Positions 26,976 to 32,000 of a DNA stretch of 32,000 nucleotides are shown piece after piece. The DNA is from Promethearchaeota archaeon. GTDB taxonomy: Archaea; Asgardarchaeota; Odinarchaeia; Odinarchaeales; JBHLKK01. The position numbers and the translations under genes were made by a program. Below the pieces are notes generated by a model. It saw only the letters and a program-made list of their open reading frames with translations. It had not been told where the DNA came from and did no database searches. The first letter of the stretch is position 1. The number at the start of each line of letters is the position of its first letter. Where the stretch lies: the NCBI GenBank assembly GCA_048939465.1, contig JBHLPL010000004.1:10447-42446 (forward strand), in the 5' to 3' direction.

Positions 26976-27101
26976 TCACTTAACATACTCCCTGTGAAGT
27001 CTAACACTATTGATGTAACTCCAGACACCGTTTGCTTGTGCAGTTTCATTTGCGTTCATATCATTCCACAACCCGATGAGGTTTCTTTTGGTTTTTTTCA
27101 T
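26976..27101 (-). CDS. Candidate 41-aa small protein MKKTKRNLIGLWNDMNANETAQANGVWSYINSVRLHREYVK
   Basis: GGAGGTG SD and TATA boxes upstream; sits at the head of the ArsR operon; below the ORF-track size cutoff. Confidence 0.45.
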   Translation of the reverse strand: MKKTKRNLIGLWNDMNANETAQANGVWSYINSVRLHREYVK

Positions 27102-27145
27102 TCTTACAACACACCTCCATCAAGATTAGCTCTTTAGAGGTTCTC

Positions 27146-27230
27146 AAACGAAATTCGTATTATAAACGATTTTCGTTTTCAACATGAATATAGTCGTTTT
27201 TATTTATAAACCTTTCGTATTTTTAACGAA
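27146..27230 (-). promoter_or_regulatory. Two TATA boxes overlapped by TTCGT-N7-ACGAW operator-like palindromes
   Basis: AAACGAAATTCGT-ATTATAA-ACGATTTTCGTTT (27146-27178, 12/13 symmetric) spans one TATA. TTCGT-ATTTTTA-ACGAA (27214-27230) abuts BRE/TATA TTTATAAA (27203-27210). Confidence 0.65.
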
Positions 27231-27374
27231 CCAAATGAGATACCCGCGCAAACAGAATAAACGGTTGAAAAGATTGAAGGGAAACAGGAGAAGCAGCTTC
27301 CATAAATACATACCTTCTAGAGGGGGTTCTGCTGTTTCATACGTGCCTAGGGCTTACCCACCAAAGAGGCATTT

Positions 27375-28193
27375 TTATTTCGGGATTGGTTCTTTCCTGC
27401 CATAGTAGTCTCTTCTCGTAATACCGAACTCATCCTTCATCTCTCTGAGTTCTTCGGTAGAAAAAACAGGACCGTCCTTACACACTTGGTATTCACCTAT
27501 GCAGCAGCTCCCGCAAAGGCCGATTCCACATTTCATTATTCTCTCCAGACTTGCCTGTAGTGAAATTCCGTTCTTTTCAGCAATCTCAAATACCTTATGA
27601 ATCATGAGCTCAGGTCCACACGTATATATCTGATCAAAAATCTCTTCTTCCAGAAGCTCTTCCGCTAGTTGCGGTGCAAAGCCACGAGTACCAAGACTTC
27701 CGTCCTCAGTTGATATTAGCAGATCTGAATCTGTCTTAGACAGAAGAGAATCAAGACGCTCTTTAAAGATAAGTTTGTTGGCGTTTTTTGCTCCTAAGAT
27801 AACCGTTAATGATATTTGCTCTTCCACCATCTTCTCAATTAATGGAAGAAGTATCGATACGCCTACTCCTCCGCCTATGACCAATGGCTTTTTCCCGATT
27901 AGCCTAAAACCATGCCCGTAAGGTCCTCTTATGCCTACTGAATCTGATGTTTTCAGGCTGTGAAGGGCAGACGTTGCATCACCGACACGTTCCACTGTGA
28001 TAGCTATGGTACCGCTTGAATTTAATTGAGAAAGCCCCATCGGAATCTCATCGACGCCAGGTATCCAAACCATAACAAACTGTCCAGGGTATGCAACTCT
28101 TGCTAAGGATGGATGATTAAAATAGAAGGTTTTTACGGTAGAGGTTTCATTAACAATTTTCTCGATTTTTAGAACAGTTGGGCAGTTTCTCAC
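27375..28193 (-). CDS. pyrK: Dihydroorotate dehydrogenase electron transfer subunit
   Basis: PGQFVMVWIPG, RGPYGHGF, GGGVG, YTCGP, SLERIMKCGIGLCGSC, VCKDGPVF. Confidence 0.96.
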   Translation of the reverse strand: MRNCPTVLKIEKIVNETSTVKTFYFNHPSLARVAYPGQFVMVWIPGVDEIPMGLSQLNSSGTIAITVERVGDATSALHSLKTSDSVGIRGPYGHGFRLIGKKPLVIGGGVGVSILLPLIEKMVEEQISLTVILGAKNANKLIFKERLDSLLSKTDSDLLISTEDGSLGTRGFAPQLAEELLEEEIFDQIYTCGPELMIHKVFEIAEKNGISLQASLERIMKCGIGLCGSCCIGEYQVCKDGPVFSTEELREMKDEFGITRRDYYGRKEPIPK

Positions 28194-28199
28194 GTAAAT

Positions 28200-29108
28200 T
28201 CACCTTCTGTGGGCCAGCCCTATAATATCACTTATACTTCCGTAATCCCTGGCCTTCAGATAGTTCTTGATGCCCCTAATTATCTCTTTAAAAACCGTCA
28301 ATCCAGATATCAGTGCCGTCCCTATCTGAATAGCCGAGGCCCCTGCCAGAATAAGTTCAATCGCATCCTTCCAGTTGGATACTCCGCCGACACCCAGTAT
28401 TGGTATCTTGACTGTTTCAAATATTTCATAAATACATCTCACGGCCAAAGGCTTTATTGCAGGACCTGAAAGCCCACCAAACTTGTTGAAGAGTATCGGG
28501 CGTCCAGTTTCTATATCGATTTTCATGGCCCTTAGCGTATTAATTGCCGTTATACCATCGGCCCCAGCCTTTTCTGCAGCATGGGCGATTTCTTTTATTT
28601 CCGTAACATTCGGTGTAAGCTTAACAAAGACAGGGACTTTCACAGTCTCTTTTACCATCTTTACAACTTCAGCGGTAAGCCGCGGATTCTGCCCTATCTG
28701 GCCCACATCCTCATGCGGGCATGAGACATTTAGCTCTACAGCGTTCCCCCCCGCATTTTCAACCTCTGAAGCGATTCGGGCAAATTCATTTGGGGACTCT
28801 CCAAAAATACTCGTAATTATTGGGATATTTGCGTCCTTTAAATCGCTTATTTCTGACTTGAAATCCTCTATTCCGGGATTTGGCAAGCCCATGGCGTTAA
28901 GAAAGCCACATTCAGCTTCAACTACTGTGGGATTTAGGTTTCCCTTCTTTGGCCTAAGGGAAATAGATTTTGTAACTACCGCCCCAGCACCGGCTTTAGC
29001 AATTCTTCTCAGACTCGGAGCAGATATACCCAGAATACCGGCTGCTAACACAGTTGGATTTTTTAAATGCAAACTCGAAATAGTGACACCAATGCCTTGA
29101 TTTTTCAT
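28200..29108 (-). CDS. pyrD: Dihydroorotate dehydrogenase family 1B catalytic subunit
   Basis: GAVVTKS, NAMGLPNPG, ELNVSCPH, VKLTPN, INTL, GGLSGPAIKP, GASAIQIGT. Confidence 0.98.
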   Translation of the reverse strand: MKNQGIGVTISSLHLKNPTVLAAGILGISAPSLRRIAKAGAGAVVTKSISLRPKKGNLNPTVVEAECGFLNAMGLPNPGIEDFKSEISDLKDANIPIITSIFGESPNEFARIASEVENAGGNAVELNVSCPHEDVGQIGQNPRLTAEVVKMVKETVKVPVFVKLTPNVTEIKEIAHAAEKAGADGITAINTLRAMKIDIETGRPILFNKFGGLSGPAIKPLAVRCIYEIFETVKIPILGVGGVSNWKDAIELILAGASAIQIGTALISGLTVFKEIIRGIKNYLKARDYGSISDIIGLAHRR

Positions 29109-29195
29109 GATCCCACCTCAAGTACACCCTCTGATTTAGCTTTAGAAAGAATCGAAAATTCGTTCAAATATCCCGATGATGCAGCTCTTGTTAAC

Positions 29196-29340
29196 TGGAG
29201 CGTCTTTGAACAGTCTTCCAGCAGTGGGGCGTCTGGTAATGTGCTCGACTGTCCATTGGAGGTTTCGGACAAAAAGACGCGGTGTATCGTTCCCCGATAC
29301 GGACGGCAATTGAGTTGCCCCTGAAGTTCGGGTTGCTCCA
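29196..29340. ncRNA. Candidate structured RNA in the gap upstream of pyrD
   Basis: Several nested helices (see findings); no known family recognised. Confidence 0.3.
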
Positions 29341-29509
29341 TGCAAGCTACTTCCTTCATGTTGTTGAAGTTGATGGTGTGACCTTCGAGTAGTAGTCCTA
29401 TAGCTTTTTTGAAGAGTAATAACTGCAATAGAGTATTTAAGATATAGTAATAGATTTTCATGCAGATGCTATCTCTGAGCAACTTGGAAAAAGAAGAGAA
29501 CGGATTTCT

Positions 29510-30973
29510 CTACTGCGTTTTTTTGGTAAGTTCTTTTTCTCCTTGTTTGACTATTTCAGAAAGCTCTTTCTGAACGTCTCTGGGAAGCTGTGTTGGTTCG
29601 TGCTCTTTCAAAATCTTCATGGCTTGCTCGCGAGCTCTCTCACGAATCTCCTTCCTACCTGCCTTGACCCAGCTTTCTGGAGAACTAATGTCAAAAAGCT
29701 GCGGTATGTATATCTCGCTTAGCAAGTATTTGAAAGTGTGTTTATGGCTCAGGAAATGCCCGCCTGGCCCGACTTCCGAAAGTGCCTCGGTGGCCAACAT
29801 ATCATCATCTATGCTGATACCCCTAAGTATTCTATAGATAATTCCGGCAACCTCGTTTGCAATCACAGCCATCTCTATAGAACCAACCATTCCATTAGAC
29901 AGATATCCGCAGTCGTGCACCAAATTCGTTCCCGTTAAGGCTGCTATCAAACCATTCATCATGATTTCGGCTCCGGCTTGGGCGTCTGGTGTGTTCGAGC
30001 TGGCCGCTCCACCGAAGCTAAAGCATGGAAGATCATAGTAGTGAGCCATTGCGGCATTAAGAGCCCCAGTTCCCAGAGTGAACTCTGGGGCCCCGTAGGT
30101 GCAGATGCCCGAGCGAGGGTCCATCGAGCATACCCAGCCGGCGTAGATTATCGGAGTGCCAGGGTTCACTAACTGGATCATTGTTATAGCTGCCAGATTT
30201 TCTGAGTTGGCCGTAACCTCCGTGCCAACCAGTGTTCCGGGACCCGTACTTCCAACCATGGGCATTGGACCGAGAGTGATCGGTACTCGAGCCTCGGCAA
30301 ATTCAATCATGTTCTCATTAGCCTTAGGAAGAGTCAAAGGAGACGCGGGCTCGGCATAGAGACATACAATAGGTCTCCGTCTCAGTTCTTCCATCCCGCC
30401 AGCAACGGTTGCGGCCATAGCTAGCATTCTCTTGGCCCCATCAGCCCCAGGCGAGGCAAAGACAACTGGCTTCGTGGTATTGTTCAGGATTGCTTCCAGC
30501 TCGTGAAGATACTCAGCTTCCCACGGAACATCAAAGGCACCTGCTATTGTCATTAGATAGTACATATTTGGAAGAGCGTCACCAATTCTTGAGCACTCTG
30601 CCACATCGCTCTTTTCTGGCCTTCGATTCTTGCCATCTACTAAATCCCTGATGTACGGAACTGGGGTTCCACCTAGCCCAAAATACACACGTGACCCTTC
30701 AAGAAGAAAATCGTGCTTTGGATCCCGACCGCATAGAATGACCTTCTTTGGAGCTTTTCTTAAAGCCTCACTGATGAGATATTCCGGAATTCTTACTGTC
30801 TTCCTCCTAAAGTCTATGTCGGCCCCTGCCCCTCTGAAGATCTCCAAGATTCTGTCAGAATTCGTTTGCACGCCGGTCCGTTCCAGTGTTTCCAAGGTTG
30901 CAATATGAATATCTCTTACATCTTCTTTTTTGAGGAACTCGAGTATGCCTCCCTTCAGTCCTCTTTTAACCAT
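29510..30973 (-). CDS. MttB-superfamily (trimethylamine methyltransferase-like) corrinoid methyltransferase, non-pyrrolysine
   Basis: IHIATLETLERTGV, GSTGPGTLVG, NPGTPIIY, MDPRSG, YGAPE, PDAQAGAE, GPGGHFL; no in-frame TAG. Start placed at ATG 30973 (ORF track: 30994). Confidence 0.95.
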   Translation of the reverse strand: MVKRGLKGGILEFLKKEDVRDIHIATLETLERTGVQTNSDRILEIFRGAGADIDFRRKTVRIPEYLISEALRKAPKKVILCGRDPKHDFLLEGSRVYFGLGGTPVPYIRDLVDGKNRRPEKSDVAECSRIGDALPNMYYLMTIAGAFDVPWEAEYLHELEAILNNTTKPVVFASPGADGAKRMLAMAATVAGGMEELRRRPIVCLYAEPASPLTLPKANENMIEFAEARVPITLGPMPMVGSTGPGTLVGTEVTANSENLAAITMIQLVNPGTPIIYAGWVCSMDPRSGICTYGAPEFTLGTGALNAAMAHYYDLPCFSFGGAASSNTPDAQAGAEIMMNGLIAALTGTNLVHDCGYLSNGMVGSIEMAVIANEVAGIIYRILRGISIDDDMLATEALSEVGPGGHFLSHKHTFKYLLSEIYIPQLFDISSPESWVKAGRKEIRERAREQAMKILKEHEPTQLPRDVQKELSEIVKQGEKELTKKTQ

Positions 30974-30994
30974 AATACGCACTGCTCCTCCCAA

Positions 30995-31654
30995 TCAGAG
31001 CTCTATATTGAGGATTCTTTTCGCAACATTTACAGCTTCGACAGCATTTTCAGCGTAACCGTCTGCCCCGATTTCTTTGGCCCACTCTTCTGTAGCTGGA
31101 GCCCCACCCACCATTACCTTAATCTTGTCTTTCAACCCCTCTTTACTCAGAAGTTCCACAATCTCGCGTTGGACAGGCATGGTTGTGCTCAGAAGAGCCG
31201 AAGCCCCAATGATATCTGCGTTTACTTCCTTCGCCTTTTTGACAAACTCTGTCGACGGAACGTCCTTACCAATATCATATACTTCAAAACCAGCAGTTAC
31301 CAACATAGAGGCAACTATGTTTTTCCCAATATCATGAATGTCCCCCTCTACCGTACCAATAACTACTTTGCCAATGGATTCCAATTTAACGGCTCGTTTT
31401 TCCAGTTCGGGATTGATCAGCTCATCCATAACCTTTTTTACAGCCTCACCTGCTGCAACTAAATGCATCAGAAAGAATTCGCCCCTTTCGAATTTCTCGC
31501 CAACTATTCCTAACCCTTTAGTTATTCCCTTTTGAACTATCTCTACAGGGTCTATTTCTTTGTCTAGAGCCTTTTTTACGGATTCATAAACCTTCTCTGC
31601 ATCAAATGACATAATAGCACTCACTAATTCTTTTAAAACAGCTTCAGAAGACAT
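30995..31654 (-). CDS. Methyltransferase cognate corrinoid protein (MttC/MtbC/MtgC family)
   Basis: N-terminal four-helix cap; B12 motif EGDIHDIGKNIV, SALLSTTM, VMVGGAP, IGADGYAENA. Start placed at ATG 31654. Confidence 0.97.
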   Translation of the reverse strand: MSSEAVLKELVSAIMSFDAEKVYESVKKALDKEIDPVEIVQKGITKGLGIVGEKFERGEFFLMHLVAAGEAVKKVMDELINPELEKRAVKLESIGKVVIGTVEGDIHDIGKNIVASMLVTAGFEVYDIGKDVPSTEFVKKAKEVNADIIGASALLSTTMPVQREIVELLSKEGLKDKIKVMVGGAPATEEWAKEIGADGYAENAVEAVNVAKRILNIEL

Positions 31655-31846
31655 CCTTTTCCACCTCACAAAGTCACAGAACGCAGTTTTTCTATTTCAG
31701 TAGTTCATATTTAAGGTTATTTATCAGATTCCCTTTCTATAATAATCTCAAATAGTGTAAATGTTGTGTCCAAAAAACATATAAAATCAATTAATTATTG
31801 TGTGAAGGTGTGGGCGGATAACTCCGAAATCGAGGGTGTGACAACT

Positions 31847-32000
31847 GTGTGGCAGTTCAAGGCAAAGCAAAAGATTTTTGAGATCGGGAAGATTCAAATT
31901 GGTGGCGTACCAGGCGAACGCCCAGTAGTGCTTATTGGAACGCTTTTTCATCTTGGCCAGAAGATTGTGACTGATGCAAAGAAGGGCGAGTTTGACAAAG
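31847..32000 (+). CDS. mtrH: MtrH/MtgA-like methylcorrinoid:pterin methyltransferase, 5' fragment
   Basis: GTG start after GAGGGTGTGA; MWQFKAKQKIFEIGKIQIGGVPGERPVVLIGTLFHLGQKIVTDAKKGEFDK matches the MtrH N-terminus (F..EQK...I....IGGQPGE.P.VL.G..FY..H.IV.D...G.FD). Confidence 0.9.
   Translation, partial: MWQFKAKQKIFEIGKIQIGGVPGERPVVLIGTLFHLGQKIVTDAKKGEFDK

Noticed and set aside
27184-27405. Basic plus-strand ORF (73 aa) overlapping the pyrK end
   Set aside because: No SD or recognised family; the nearby BRE/TATA is oriented to the minus strand.
251-31535. Numerous antisense or alternate-frame ORFs in the ORF track (e.g. 564-947, 3326-3748, 11164-11697, 16339-16914, 19264-19911, 28483-29100, 30866-31462)
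   Set aside because: Shadow frames of well-supported genes on the opposite strand, with no motifs or SD support.
1-32000. CRISPR arrays, rRNA, tRNA, transposases or integrases
   Set aside because: None recognised; the only exact long repeat seen is the two-copy 24-mer at 13180-13228.

Overview
Archaeal chromosomal window with mostly housekeeping genes. An Asgard archaeon is inferred from four clustered roadblock/LC7 genes (one strongly dynein-light-chain-like), SMC-ScpA-ScpB, eS30, a GPN-loop GTPase and an FrhB-like protein. Other genes: rnhB, tfb, gar1, srp19, rps8e, an ECF S component plus DUF4430, uppS, an NYN protein, a COG1340 coiled-coil protein, acdB, cinA-like, idsA, a SAMP/MoaD, elp3, pyrK/pyrD and a non-pyrrolysine MttB/corrinoid/MtrH methyl-transfer cluster. 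The main discovery is absent from the ORF track. The ribosomal protein eS30 gene (minus strand, 25292-25101) is interrupted by a 30-nt insertion with two in-frame stops. The insertion folds into a canonical bulge-helix-bulge (BHB) motif, and its predicted endonuclease cut sites exactly restore the conserved Lys of HGSLTKAGKVR. This indicates an archaeal pre-mRNA intron in a ribosomal protein gene. Other notable items: a 407-aa protein made of four tandem AAA+-lid-like repeats, a PRC-barrel gene that seems to need an ATC/ATA start, a SAMP with a masked diglycine, small unannotated Cys-rich proteins and two candidate structured RNAs. No tRNA, rRNA, CRISPR array or mobile element was recognised. 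All family assignments are by-eye motif recognition; no database search was run.
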